From contig OZ237735.1 in the NCBI GenBank assembly GCA_965178125.1, positions 1,860,001 to 1,924,000 of the forward strand: a stretch of DNA of 64,000 nt, given 5' to 3'. Position 1 is the stretch's first letter. The number at the start of each line of letters is the position of its first letter. The notes beneath the pieces are model-generated. The model made no database searches and was not told the DNA's origin. It saw only the letters and a program-made list of their open reading frames with translations. This document shows, in pieces, positions 46,878-60,673 of the stretch. Both the position numbers and the translations under genes were made by a program. Origin of the DNA: Bilabrum cf. latius. Its lineage: Eukaryota.

Positions 46878-47173
46878 GCTGCAGCAGGTACTGCGGGCAC
46901 GGCTGGCGCTCCAGCTGCATCCAAACCCTACGCACCACCAGCTCCACCAATAGAGAGAATATAATAGAGAGAGAGAGAAAAATAGAGTTTTCGCACGCAA
47001 TTCAATACCAGAGACAATCCGAGGACTGCCACCAAAGTAACGCGCACCTTAACAGGGGACCCAGCTGTACCCGCGTTGGCGGAGCCAGTCAGGACCTGAA
47101 AAGGCCTCTAAAGAAGTAGTTGGTCTGGATAAGACCGATACATGCCTAGGACCCGTGTCCTAAGCGCATCGCG
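46878..47173 (-). mobile_element. Rest of the interrupted RLE unit plus further truncated 3' ends (46952; 46967-47173)
   Basis: 46878-46948 continues the 18061-18130-like sequence; 46967-47173 nearly duplicates 8836-9039. Confidence 0.8.
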
Positions 47174-47227
47174 TCGGTGAAGGTCAAGTGCTGTCTCGAA
47201 ACTCCGAATCCGGATTAAATTAATATA

Positions 47228-47390
47228 CCTAACGCCGGATGGGGTTCGGGTTTGATGCGACGATGGGAGCGCAGGTAGCCATGTCTCCCAGTTTGTTCCG
47301 GTATAGGGTCGGTCGCAACCGTGATCGACGCGCACCGGATGTATGTGTTGCAGCTCTCTCTGTGTTCAGGAGAGGGACGGAGCTTGGGTT
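47228..47390 (+). repeat. Diverged solo copy of the Ngaro A repeat
   Basis: CCTAACGCCGGATGGGGTTCGG...CTCTCTGTGTTCAGGAGAGGG matches the reverse complement of 41727-41902. Confidence 0.7.
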
Positions 47391-48155
47391 AACTCGTTTT
47401 GATTGATTGGGAGACTAGTTTGCGCTATCATCACGAGCATCATAATTAAATTGCACATTTTAATCCAATTTCGTGCTCGGTTCGAATTAAATTTTCTGGA
47501 TTAACTTCAACCAGCATACCACGCGGCAAGAAGGCCTTTTTGCTAGTGCTTTTGCTTGCGTTAATTAATTTGAACAATCAACTTTACGTTGACATAGTCG
47601 TAGAGTTCGATCATTTTGCACAAAGAAGCAGGTGCCCAAGCAGACACGTGAGGGAGGTTCGAACGGGATCCTGGAAGGGATTAGCAGCTCAAAGGTGCCC
47701 GTGAGAATGGTACCACACAGCCTCCTGGTGTTTTGGAACACATAAGATTATCTATCACGACGGGATTTACGCCAGACTAGTCCAAAGCCCTAACCCAATT
47801 TCTCTGGATTAAATGTGGCACGTGTCTAGTCGAAGCGTCCAGGCACTATCAAAACATCATCGAACTTTACCCAGACTACTCTTCAAACTAAATGTAAGCA
47901 TCAAAGATAATACTCGTGGCCTTGAAACTACCTTAGCAGCTCATGTAACCACGTCAGGCTCAGTTCAAGTTAATTCGTCAGAAATTTGTCTCGAATCGAA
48001 TCCCCCACTCATCAACTAATCCCAGAACTAATCCCGATTTTCGGTTTCGAGACACGGCTTGAATGTAACGATACGACATCTTCACATAAATGTATCGTAC
48101 CTCGCGTGCATAGTGTTCGCGTAGACTACAGACCATATTCTGTTTATGCTCGGTG

Positions 48156-51100
48156 ATGAATGTGCCTGCATGTGTAACGATCTTTGCTCTATTGGGTGTT
48201 CAAGCTTCTTGGACCCTGGAGTACCTCTCTGCAGAAGGTGCCATGCACAACCACGTAGAAGGCCAATGCTACCCGCGTTCTATCAAACAGTGCAATGTTA
48301 TTGACGGTGACCGTTTTATGATGCGTCCAGGGGACATTCTGCTGCAGGGCAGGCGGCTGGTTACGTCAGCATTCGGTGGCGCAGATGTTCAGCTAGTGCT
48401 CGAAGACGGCGGCAAACTGCAACTTTAGGAGGTAAGGTTTTGTGTTGCCCAGCGAAGTACAATGAATTTTATGATGTTCCATTGTCACGAAAGCATCCAT
48501 TCGCCCGAGTCGGCTCGTTATCTCTGTGTATTCCATGTCAGCTGCCTCGTGTCACGGATGCACCTCGCAGCGCAAGGGAGACGACAAATCCCCCTATTGG
48601 ACTTCAGACTCGGGCGAGGCATAGTCAGCAGGACCGTTTGCCCTTTTGCTTACGTCCGATGGGGACTTGGTTGTCCTTGGGGCGGGGGGCCAGCCCAGCG
48701 AGGCCTGGCACCAGGCGGGCGATCCCTCCCCGGACGCCGTCCTGCAGGCGCTGTCCGACAGCGCAGCAGACGACAGCATCGAGGTCGTCTGGAGCCGAGT
48801 GCTATCTGGCGTGGGAACCGTGAAGGAGCTGGCACTGCATGGCTCGGGCGACCTCGTGGCGCATGACGAGCACGGCGACCGCCTGTGGCACACCCGGACG
48901 GAGTCCACGCGCATGTGGATGAATCTGCTCATCTCCAAGCTGCGCTTCGGGGGCAAGAAATACCACAAGAATGGCGATTTTGACGGCTGGGAAAGGTACT
49001 GGGATCTGCGGTAGAGCTACTCGAGCGACCACTATAACATGGCCAAGCTATCGGGGGGCATCGCGCGGCAGCACGGGGGAGAATACTGCGGCGGCGGGGA
49101 TATATCTGCGTGTGAGCCCGTGGTGGACATGAACGTGTCTTCGCTGCACCCCGGGCAGATGCTTCCGGAAGGGAGGTCCCTCTACTCGGAAGCGGTGATG
49201 CAGACTGTGGAAGGCAAGAAAATGCAGGGCGTTCGCAACGCGGTCAACTGGCTCGTTTCCGGGGCCGAGATGGAGATCAAGATCGAGACCAGGAGCGGGA
49301 AGCCATGGCTGAATGCAGCCCAGTCCAAACTGACCATGCAGTCGGATGGACGACTGGTGCTGAGGTACAGAGAGCACGACTGCGATGCCAGCTCCTTCGA
49401 GCATGTGGAACTGGACGGCGGGGCGATTCTATGCCAGGGGTTGGAAAACTTTGACCTGCTGCCCTTCGGGAAACACTTCTGCAGATGTCTCGATAACCCA
49501 GACCGCAACCTGCTGGCCGAGATGGAGGCGGCGGATGACGAGTGGCATGAGGTATGGGCGACATCCGAGCAGCCGGTAGACCCAGCCAAGCACTAGGGTC
49601 CGTTCAGTTTCGTCGTGTCCACGGGGGGCGACCTCGAGGTGGTGGACGGGCAGGGCGGGACGGTGTGGTCGCAGTCCACGGGCGATGCGGGCCCCATCCA
49701 GTGCGCTCGTATCAGCGCCATCAAGCGGCGGCCCAGGCAGGAGGACTGGGATGACGCCAACGTGAACCTGGGGGTATACCGCTCCGACGCGCAGCACAGG
49801 CGGGACATGTGCGGGCCGGAGTCACGGGGCCACCTGACCATGACGGACCCTGACCTGGTGTGGACGACGGCGGTCACCGGGAAGCCGGTCCCTGGCATCG
49901 CCGTCAGGACCAAGAGCGTGCAGCTGCAGCTCGCCGTGGCGCGCACCGACGACCCCATGCGGCCCTACTGCGGGGCGGACTACCTGGAGCTGTGCGAGGA
50001 GGTGCCTGAGGGTGCTGACGAGATGCGTCCTGGGCAGGTGCTGCGGCAGGGTCGGGCTCTTCGTACTGACATCGGTGAACTCGTCATGCAGACGGACGGC
50101 AACCTCGTGCTGCATCTGGGCACGGTTCGAAAGAAGGTCCTGTGGTCCTCCAAGACGCCCCCCGGGCATAGCGATGCCATCAAGCAGGTAGGACCATACG
50201 CGCTTGTGTTCACGTACCGGGCCGAGCTCGCCATCGTGGACGGGCGAGGACGCGTGCTCTGGTTCGTCGACGGTCCCGCCCTGTACATCAACTGGATCAA
50301 GCCGACCTAGTACGTTGGCCTGGACAAAATGTTCTCACCGGCGACCTTTCTGGTGGACGCCTTCGACCGGGGACTGGGGGCTGCCTTTACCGGAAATGTC
50401 GTGGCCTCGCTCTACACCTCCAACGTAATTGAGGTGCACAAGTGGAGGTTCCGCCTGCAGAGTGACGGAAACGCCGTGCTGTTTTGCAACGGCAACAGGC
50501 CAGTCTTCCGAACGAATACGGCGGGGTGGCACATGGAGGATGACGAGTGGCCGCAGGCGGTGCTGAGCGAGGACAACGTCTACGGAGACGCGTGGACTCG
50601 GTTCGATCCCAGGAGTGGGGACTCCTTCTTTCAGTGGAACAAATTCGCGGTGCAGTTTGGGGTGGAGATAGCTGGCGATATCGCCGTGGGCATCGCGTCC
50701 GGGGGCATGGTCACTGCTGCCAAGTATGGTGCTAAGGGCATCAAGGCCGTGTACCGGGTGGGACTGAGCAAGGCCCTTAAGCAGGGGGTCAGGAGCGGCG
50801 ACGCGTGGCTCGTGAAGATGTCCCTCAAGTCGAGCGGCAAGTGGGCCAGTAAGTCCGCCTCACTGGAGATGGGCACGCTCCTCAAGTTGGCGGGCAAGTC
50901 GGTCAAGACGTGGGCCGAAAAGAAGGTGCTCGCGGTTGTCAGTAGCCTAGGCTCGCTTCTAGACGGGGCCAAGCAGGCACTGTACCGCCTCTCGAAGGCC
51001 AGCATAGGCAGCGTGGCAAAAGGGCTGGTCGTGGGGGTACTCAAGGTGGCATGGCGAGTGGGCTATATCGCGTTCCGGATCACATTCGCTGTGGGCAAGC

Positions 51101-54100
51101 TCATCATTACGATGCCGTTTGAGATGATGCGCCCGTGGGGCGAGATCGGCGTCTCCCAGGTCAAGGCCATCTGTTTGCTGGCGGATGCGGCGAGCAACGG
51201 GATTCTCGCCAAAGCCGTCCGATCCGTGCCCTTCAAGCTCCGTAACAGGGCCATCCTGTCTGCCGAGGAGGCCGTGGTGCATGACGTCATGGCGAGGTCT
51301 GCCTCCGACGCCATGAATAGGATGGAGCGCGGCTCCTTCAGCGTCGGAAGCGTACCCAAACGGTCCTATAGCGTCCCCGACATGCCCAAGTACAAGCGAT
51401 CCAGCCTCTTCCATGACCTGGAGGACGTTGAGTTCCTGCCCCAGGCCCCCGGCGGGTCCGGGGGGGGGCTCGGCCTCGACCTGGGACCCAAGGGGGACAT
51501 CCTGGAGCAGCCAAAGATCCTTGATGACTACATCGGGAAGCAGATTGTGAAGCTGCCCGAGCTGCCTCCCGCCTCTGAGCTCAAGATCCCCGAGGGCTTG
51601 CCGGAACCATTCGCACGGCGCATGGAGACAGCTGTGGACAAGGGTGGAAGGGCTCAAGCCGACACCGAGAGGCTGATCAAGGCATAGCCGCAGGTTCTGG
51701 AGACGTATTCTATGGAGAGGTTGGTCGAGGTGAACAGGCTCATGTATGATAACCAGGCCACACTGGAGTACTACGCCGCCGTACGAGACTACGTGGGGCA
51801 CCTGGATCGCATGCGGCTGCAAGGGAAACCGCTCCCCGACGGCTTTGCCTCCGTGGACGATTTGGTGGCCTCCAAGTTCGGCATGGGTCGAGCGGCGATC
51901 GAGCAGACGTTCCAGTCACGCCTGATGGCAGACGTCACGGCATGGGGAGCACCTGCCGGGCTGGAGGCAAACATGTTGAGCGAGCTCGTTGAAGTGGTCG
52001 GATTACTTGACTTGGATAAGCTGGCGTTCCAGCAGTACCAGGCTGCTGCTGATGCGCTTGGTGTGGTGCAGCGGGCGCTGCGTGGGAAGGAGGCGGTGGA
52101 CAGGGCAGCGTTGGTGGATGCTATACGGAGTCAGCCTCAGGAGCTGCGACTGGCGGCAGAGGTGCTGCAGCCCGACATCGCAGCACGGGCAATGCAGTAC
52201 CCGGGACTCGCCGCCGATCAAGTCCTTGCTATGGCGAAGGAGAATCCTGAGGCCGCTGGCCAGCTTGCCCAGGCGTGCGAGTCCTCCATGAAGGAGCAGC
52301 AGCGGCTGGCCGCGAGCAAGCAGAGGCAAATTAAGAAAGCTGAAACCAAGCTCCGGGAGGACAGCCCCCTGGTAAAGCATCCGGATGCCCGGCTCTACGA
52401 GGTGGCCGTGCAGGAGGCAGGTCAAGAGCGGGACGCGTGCCTACTGACCACGCAGCTGGGCCTCGAGGTGGGCGGCGATCCCAGCACACCCGCAATGGTC
52501 TTGAACGGATTCTAGTCACATTTTGCCGGATTAGAGGCAGCCAAAGACGAGACGATCGTGGCCCTTCGAAGGGCAGCGGAGGCAGAGGCCAAGCTGGAGC
52601 GCCTGGAGATGGCCAGGGCGATTGCCGATGCGGCCGCTGTGGGCAAGGCGGACCCTTCGGTTGCCATTAAGACCCTGGGCGTGGACGTCCCCGAGGCTGA
52701 ACTGGACAATGCCATCAAGGCTGCATCGGAGAAGTGGGATGCCGCACGGAAAGAGGCGATCGATCACCTGGACTTGGAGGGGAAAGGCATGGACGATCTG
52801 GGTCACCTCCTGGAAGATGAGGGCATTCGAGACATCACGGACGAGCTGCTGGACGCCGTGGAGCAGCATGCGGGCCTCTTCAAGGAGCTCGAGGCGAAGG
52901 AGGAAAGCGCCAAGGGCGTGACTATTGCCATTGAAGGTTCCATCGAGCACATCCTCCTGGGAGAACACGCGGCGCAGGAGGGGCGTGCCGCGCAGGAGGC
53001 GGCAGCTGCAGCCCGCAAGGCCAGGTTAGCTAAAGTGGTCAAGTCTCGAGTCCCCGTCGTCTCCCCGGCCGACATGAAGGTGCCCAAGACTCTTCGTATC
53101 AAGTCGCCTGCCAACCCAACGGTGCACGTGGATATTGACCTGGCCGACGTGCACTCGGACTTTGCCGAGAGACTTGGCGCAATCGACAAGTACCGCGCGC
53201 ATGCGCAGCTAAATGTCCCAGGAGACCGCCTCATGTTCGCATTGCAGTCCGCCGACATCGCCGAGACGGCAGAATACTATGCCAGTATACAGAGGACAGT
53301 AAATAGGATCGACGCAAGGATGGGGACGGACGCCGGTGCGGGCGCGGCCTGGCTCAGGAAGACCCACGGCATGGATGCGTCGGCATTGCGCACGCAGGAG
53401 CAGACGTTCGCGCTGCTGGCAGAGGTCCGGGCCCGTCCCTACCCCACCGGCGAGACGGCATTCCTGCATGCAGACATCCTCAGCGATGCTATTCACAAGG
53501 GGCGCGTGGATCCTCAGGATCCAGTCCTCAAGGCGAGAGCGCAGCTCAAGAACCGAATCGGTGCGGTGAGTGGGGATTCGTTCGAACTGGGGCTCCGAGT
53601 GCTCACACTGCCCCCAGCCAAGGCTCGATCCGCGAAGCTACGTGATGCTACCGTGAGTCTCTGCGATGCCGAGCGAGAGCTGGACGAGCTGCTGCACCTC
53701 AAGCGCGTCATCGATACCGCCGAGATAGCCGGTCTTGACCCTGTTACCTGCCTGCGAAGGGGGGTGCGCACAGATTTCGTTAGCGACCTTACCATGCCCT
53801 CGGACGTGGAAAATTACCTAGCAAAGGCAGTGTAGCGGTCAAACTCTGCGAGGGAGGCGTGGAGGAGGGCGGCGGAGGCGGCGGGTCCCGGCGCCCTCGC
53901 CGATCTCCCAGGGGACGTCCTGGACCGGGCTTACCGGGTCACCGCAATGGACCCCAGCAGCGAGGTGAATCACTTGCTCGAGAGCAGAAAGCACATGGAG
54001 GTGCAGGCACTGAGTAATCCAGGTGTCTTGGGCGAACGTGTGGATCCTGCCGTGCTCTAGAAGCACGCGGGCATCGGCGGTGCTGCTGGGGTGATCGCCG

Positions 54101-57100
54101 ATCGCCGGGCGGCACTGCTGTAGCGCGCTCAGGCGGGGGGCAGGCAGCTCCAGAGACAGTTGTCCGATTTCGGCGGGTGGGAGAGCATCAGGTACCAGCT
54201 GGGCAGTGTTGACTACCTCGTGTTCCTGCAGGACCTGCAAAAGCAGACCCCGGAATTTTTCGCCGAAGCTCTCATCCAGTTGCCTCGTGGTCGCACGAAC
54301 GCGATCGACGAGCTGATCGGAATCGCAGTGGGAGCGACCGACAGCGCCCGCAAAGCAGCGAGAGAGAAAATCATCCTTGGAGCCGTTGAATCTGCTGCAC
54401 AGACGGTGGGTCTGAACAAGGCACCAAGTCCGCTCTTCTTCGCTGAGAACGTCCAGCTGCTGGCGATTGTGTCCGAAGAAATGACCGCCGATACTGCCTC
54501 CAAGGAGCTTGGCGCTGCCCTGGACACCCTGGGGGAAGGCATGAAAGCGCTTCGAAAGGCTGCCAGCGGCAACGCCCTGGACGATGCCTAGGCCCAGGTC
54601 GTGGGAGAGGTCATGGCGGAGCTTCGGTATTGCGCTAACTTGGGGGGCGTTTCCAAGCCACTAAGTAGGGAACTCAAGATGTGGGTGGGTGACGAGAATT
54701 TGCTTACCGAGGTAGTCCGTGCCGCGGAGAAGCCGGGCGGTGAGGACCTGCTGGATCTTGCCGTGGCGCTTCGAGGCCCCAATGGCCTCTCTGATGCCTT
54801 GGTCAAATACCCAGACATCGAGTTTCGGCTCTCGAAGCGCGTTCTGTTCGCGGATGAGGCGGCGCCACGACAGGCCGAGCTTTTGGTGCAGCCGGGGGCA
54901 CTTGATCGAGTGGCCGCCTTCATGCGGATGACTCGGAGCGAGGATGGATCGAAAAGCGTCATGGACAGCCTCGTGGGCCTGGCGCTGGAGAAGGAGGGGC
55001 AGCGAGTGGGGCTGGGGCCCGCCATTATGACCACCCCTGTCCACCTGGATGGAGTGGTGGAGGCCTCCCTCTGGTGGGACGGCCCCGTGGGGCAGTCTCT
55101 CCTAGAGCAGGTGGCCAAGGGGGAGGCAGGCGGCAGCCCCTTTCAGAAGGCGGCGGCGATCCGGCAGATCATCGACGCGAAGGGGTGGGCAAGGTTTGCC
55201 TGCACGAAGCGCCCTGCGAGAAAGATCATATAGAAGGGGGAGAAGACATGGACGAGGCTCGTGCAGAAGCATGATGACCTTCTTCTCAAGACGCTCCTCT
55301 CACCCACCGACTACCCCATATTCTAGTGGCTGCAGCGGGAGCATTGGAGTTTGCGGTACATGTCGGGCAGTATGGGGCCATACCGCACCCGAGCCGTCAA
55401 GCTCCTGAAGAATGAGAGGAGGGCTGAGCTGCTGGCGCAACATCTCCTGCATCCCGAGGATCTTCGGCGGGCGGTGGGGCCTAAAGGCCTTGCAGACCTG
55501 CAGCGACACGCCGAGAAGGCATGGGGGGCCAGGGCAAGAAGTGCGGCCCGCAAGCAGGCGGAAATCATCCAGCAGCTCGACGAGACGCTAGCGCAGCTGC
55601 GGGATGCCGACCTGAAGCAGGCAGCAAGTGGAGGGCTTGACAGGAGCGCTAAGCTGAACCGTGCGGCCAGGGCCAAGGAGGAAGCAATCGATCAAGCGGC
55701 CAGAATGCAGGCACAGCTGGACGATATTCCCATGATTCCCCGATCCATGTCTATTCAGGCGGACCTCGGGGAGGGGTTAGAGGAGCTCACGGTGGACGGG
55801 CTCATCGGTACTGGTGTGACGAGGTACGATAACGTGGACATCCTGCCGGTGGTGATGCAATCCAAGATGGTCAAGGACAAGGTGGCATTGATGATGTCGC
55901 GGGAGGGCATTCACTTCGACGTGCCGTTGTCTGAGATCGACAGGGACTTGCGCAACTTAGCGAAAGCCATGAGAAAAGCGGACGATGCCGCCACCGAGGA
56001 GATGAGGGAGCAACTGCGGGCCGTTGTGAAGAGGGCCGACGGTGCCCAGGGAACACAGGCACTCATGGAGACTTCTTTTCCCATATGGTCAGTCAAGGAT
56101 GTCTACGACCATACCACAGCAGCGGTGCTCAGCGACTATAAAGACCTCGTTAGGGCTACCCTGGGGTTCCAGACCAACCCATACGTGAGAAGCGAGGTCA
56201 TTGCACAGCTTGCCCTGCGCCGTCCCGTGATGCCGCAGGCAGAGCTCGCCACGGCCCTATCCAAGCTGGATTCGCTGCCCAAGGCCAAGCAGCTGGTGGA
56301 GGAGGCAGCGGGAGATATGGAGGCGGCCTTCAAGGCTTTCGACGCCAAGTCTCCAGGGACCCTCACACGCGAGGAGTTCGATGTCCTTGCCTCTGCCACA
56401 ACGAAGGAGGACGCTGCAGCCGCTCTTGGCCCCGCGATCCGCGAGCGGCCGATCTCGGAGTGGCCAGCTTCGGCGCTCATGGACGAGTCCGGGCAGCTGA
56501 CAGCGATTGCCGAGCGGGGCCTGCAGCTCTACGACTCGATGCCTTCGACCTTCTTTTTCAACGACCGATTCGCCCGGCAGGTGGGGTTTACCGAACGAGA
56601 CGCCATGTTTCGCGGCCTGGCAGAACCGTTCACCATGGTGCCAGACAGCGTGCTGCTACAGGCAGATGGACTGGGCGTGGACCAGGGCATGTTGGAAAAG
56701 CTGGTGGGCAGTCATGCCGCCATGGACGAGATGGGAAGCTCTCAGATCGAGCGGCGGGTCGCCGAGTATAACCAAAAGCCCACGATGGAGTCGGACGGAG
56801 TGCCGCTCGGTACCTTCATGGGCGAATGGTGTGAGGACCACGGCATCGAGCTGGCCGTGGAGGCCGGTGACGAGGCTCGGAAGGCGGAGCAGGGCGAGGT
56901 GTTCATGTGGTGCCAGGCGCTGGACATGCCCATTCCCGAGTCACAGGCGGATTGGGACGACGCAAAGCGCCTATTCCATTCTCTCAAGCAGGCCAACGAG
57001 CGGTACCGCACCATCCTGAGCGACAAGCAGCTAGATTACATCCGTAATACCCCCAAGGAGAAGAAGCTGTCGGCCCTCTTCGACCCCAGCAACAGCGAGC

Positions 57101-60100
57101 TGTGCCTTACGAATGGCCAGACGGACGAGCTGCTGGGTAAGCTGTCTCACTCTCTATGGCAAACCACGCACGACCGAAAGGGCCATTGTCTAATGATGTA
57201 GACGCTCGAGAAGTTGGACGCCTACGTTGTGAGTACCGGCGGGCAGTCCTCGAAGTCCGCCTTTGAGCAACTCAAGCGTGCAGGGCTGACTCGGCAGGAG
57301 GTGCGCGGTCGCGGAAACTGCTACTTCGATGCTGTCATGCAGTCGGCCGGTGACATCCAGGACCAGAAGGTTCTCCGTGCCAAGTACGTGGAGGCATACA
57401 AGCAGGGGGTCGATGCCAAGCTATTGAGGACGAACGAGTTGCGCGACGCATCTTCCGACCTCCTGGGACCGTCCTCTAGCCTGGGCGTCCTCGGCGTGGA
57501 CGCAAACGCCATGATCCGAGAGATGGATAGGACGGGACTGAAGGCATCGGACGAGAAATATATGGCGGCCGCCCTCGGCCGTCCGTACGTCTCGATCCGA
57601 GAGCCGGACCTCGTTGATGGCGGCAATATGCAGATTATGGTTTTCAATGCCGATAAGCTGGGCAAGGGACAGTCACCGGTCATGGTGTACTTACAGACGG
57701 GGCATGCCACGGCCGTGGTGGCAGACGACCCAGAGGTGGCCTTCAAGGCGCTGCAGGAGCTGGCGGACGCCGAAAAGGCCGCGAAGAATGCTGACGAAGC
57801 GGCCAAGAAGGCGGGGGGATCGGACGGTGGCAAGCCGGCGTTCTTCGAAGGGCAGGAGCCCGTCCCAGAGGGTGAGCTGCAGGACGCGCTCGAGCACGGG
57901 GTGGACGTGGCTGACGTGTCAATAGGCAAGGATGGGGAGCTGGGCGTGGATGTGCAGCGGGGAGACCGGCAGGTCAAAACGCTCAGTGCAGACGAGGCAG
58001 ATCTCCCGGTCGAAGGTCCTCTGTCCGCCCACGAGTTCGATCTTAGCGTCGACCCGCACATAGACATGCCTGCGCGACCGCCACAGGTGCCTCCGAGCCA
58101 GCTGCTGCGACTGTCTGACGATGCAGCGGCGGACGTAACGGCTCTGAGTGCGGCATTGACAAATGTCCCGGCAGAGAGACCTGTAAGGATCGTGGGCATC
58201 GGGGGGGGTGATGGAGCGGGGTCGGTAGGGAAGGTGTTTGACAATACGGATGCCGTCTCCGAGTTCAACGGGCGACTGATCGCCGACGTCGACCGCGTGA
58301 GTCGCATTGTCGACCACCCGGAGGCCTTTCCTATCATGCCACAGGGCCCCCTCGTGCCTCAGCAGCAGCGGGCCGCGCTGCTCGCCATCGAGGCCAGACA
58401 GCAGCTGGACATAGCGGAGAGGGTCCTGGATGACTACAAGTAGCTGGAGGCCGCATTCGGGGAAGAGGAGGCTGCCTCAATGATGCTGGTGGAAGGGATG
58501 TCAAAGTAGCAGGCCCAGGACCGGGTGAAGGAGTACTCGGCTGTTCTGGCTGCGCAATCTAGAGCCCCCGGGTCGTCGGCGATGGGACTGGCCACCGATG
58601 TCGATGTGGTGTAGCAGGCCATCGCTGACATTCCGGACGATACCATGTTTCTCAGGCAGGCGGAGCTCTTCGACGATGCTGCCGCTAAGATCGCAGAGGC
58701 AGAGCCGGACGATCCATCGATGCTCCTCCGGCGGAGGACGGAGCTAGGGGAACAGGAGGCGGTGGGCGATGAGGTGGGCAAGCGGGCACGCAATGTGGTT
58801 GAGCTGGCCAATATGGAGTGGATGGCGGCAATGGATCTACGGTACGCTCGCGAGCTGGACGATGCTGCGACCACGATGGATCTGGACAACAGCTGGCTCC
58901 TTGAGCAGACCTTCTTCGCAGGCGGAGAAGTGGGGGATGTCGCGGATCGGCTGTCGCAGCGGTTCCAGAAGGTGAGGGACTATCGTGAGGAGGTGCAGTC
59001 GATGTCCGCGGAGGAGTGGGCGGCAGTATCCGCCCGGTGCAAATCTCAGTATTCCTTGAGCATCGGAGCTCAGGACAGTTTCGTTGCCAACCAGGACGCA
59101 CACCAGCAGCTGCTGGCTTGGACGACGCGCAAGGTGCGACAGCTCACGGAGGCCCAGGTGCCCAAGTCGCAGTACCGCGCCCATGCGAACCAGACGAACA
59201 GCGAACAGGCGGATGACTCAGGAGCACCCCAAAGCAAGGGCGGGGGGGAGCAAGGAGTAGACCTGCAAACCAACCAGGAGCAGGAGCTCGATACCCCCTC
59301 CCTCATCGCCCTAGGAGGCAAGGCCAAGGCAATGGCTGATGCTCATGGCTTGCTCCAGCTCTAGCTCGGGCGACACGGGCACTCTCGGCACTCGAGCTAC
59401 AGCGGCGGCAAGTCATCCCACCGCAGGAACAGACACCGGCACCGCGGCTCTCTCAGTGCATCTGCATCTGTATCTGTATCTGTATCTACAAGCACGTAGA
59501 CAGTCCATCGACTGGCCTCCAGCAAGGGGGGGACGAGCACGAGCAGTCGGCGACGGGGCTACATCGGGAACTGTGTGCACACCAACATGACAACGTGTCA
59601 AGTGTTGGAGCACGACACTAACATCCTGCGACCGGGGCAGCTGCTTAAATACCCGCACCGGCTGATCCAGTAGAACGGGGACGACTTCGCCATGCTGCAG
59701 GTGCAGCGGAAATGTAGCCTGGAGCTGTAGTGGCACTACGAGGACTGCATTCTGGGCATGGCCTGCACAAGGGAGTGGAAGATGCTGTGGGAGACAACCA
59801 GGGGAAACAAGGACTACGACGCCTACGGCTTCATGGACCAGTGCACGCTGGTGTTCGACCGAGAGGGGAACCTTTTCCTCGTCAACGGGGTGGGCATGGT
59901 CATGTGGAAAACGGACACTATCGGGCTGCGGGGGCCCGTGTCGCATCTTGAGGTGCAGGGCGACGGGAACCTGGTGGTCTACCGCGAGCGGGGCGGGGCC
60001 ATCTGGAGTACGGAGACGGCGGGGCAGATGAGGAACTACCGGCCCACCGGCGAGCTTGGCGAGGACTTCGCGCACCTTCGCTACGGCCCGGAGGACCAGC

Positions 60101-60489
60101 TGTGCGACAAGACTTTCAGCGACGGGTGCGAGGATGCCACGGGGCAGCACTTCATAGCGGCAGGTCAGCGGCTGGACTAGGGGCATTCGCTACATCTGCG
60201 TGACTTTGAGCTCCGGATGCAGGGGGACGGCAACCTGGTGCTGTACTCGGAAGGAAAGATGTAGTGGGAGACAGGGACGGACGGTGAAGGCGAGGGGCCC
60301 TATCGTCTCATCGTAGATGCGTCGGGCCGGGTGATGGTACTATCGCAAAACACGAACGAGGAGTGGGACGAAGACGGCTTCGTGATGCGCATCGAGTCTG
60401 AAGGTAGGAGTGCCATGATGGTCCTGTACAACGGGAAGGACGTTGACCATCTTGGCACGTGGGAGTTCGCGTACAACCTGCAGAAGTAA
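48156..60489 (+). CDS. Giant secreted lectin/OTU-like protein, copy 2 (~4,064 aa; exons 48156-48431, 48571-60489)
   Basis: Signal-peptide-like MNVPACVTIFALLGVQA; phase-0 GTAAGG...GCAG intron 48432-48570; bulb-lectin motifs MQSDGRLVL, MQTDGNLVL, LQSDGNAVL; hydrophobic helices ~50640-51200; OTU-like GNCYFDAV; C-terminal lectin repeats; all exon-2 track ORFs share one frame; TAA 60487-60489. Confidence 0.85.
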
Positions 60490-60673
60490 TGGAGGCCCGT
60501 CTTCGGGGCCGGCCTCTCGGGTAACTTGCAAGAGCTGTGGGGTCACGGATCGTTGCGGACCGTGCTTGCGTGGCCCTCTACCCCACCGCAGTTGGATCGG
60601 ACATCCGGATCGTTTAACGTCATTGATTTAAGAGAAGTATCATACTACAAACGGAAGCCACTGCAACCTTACT

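Noticed and set aside
8836-47173. 200-bp direct repeats (8836-9039; 46967-47173) as LTRs of one 38-kb element
   Set aside because: The left copy continues into its own ORF on the minus strand; both are better explained as 3' ends of one non-LTR family.
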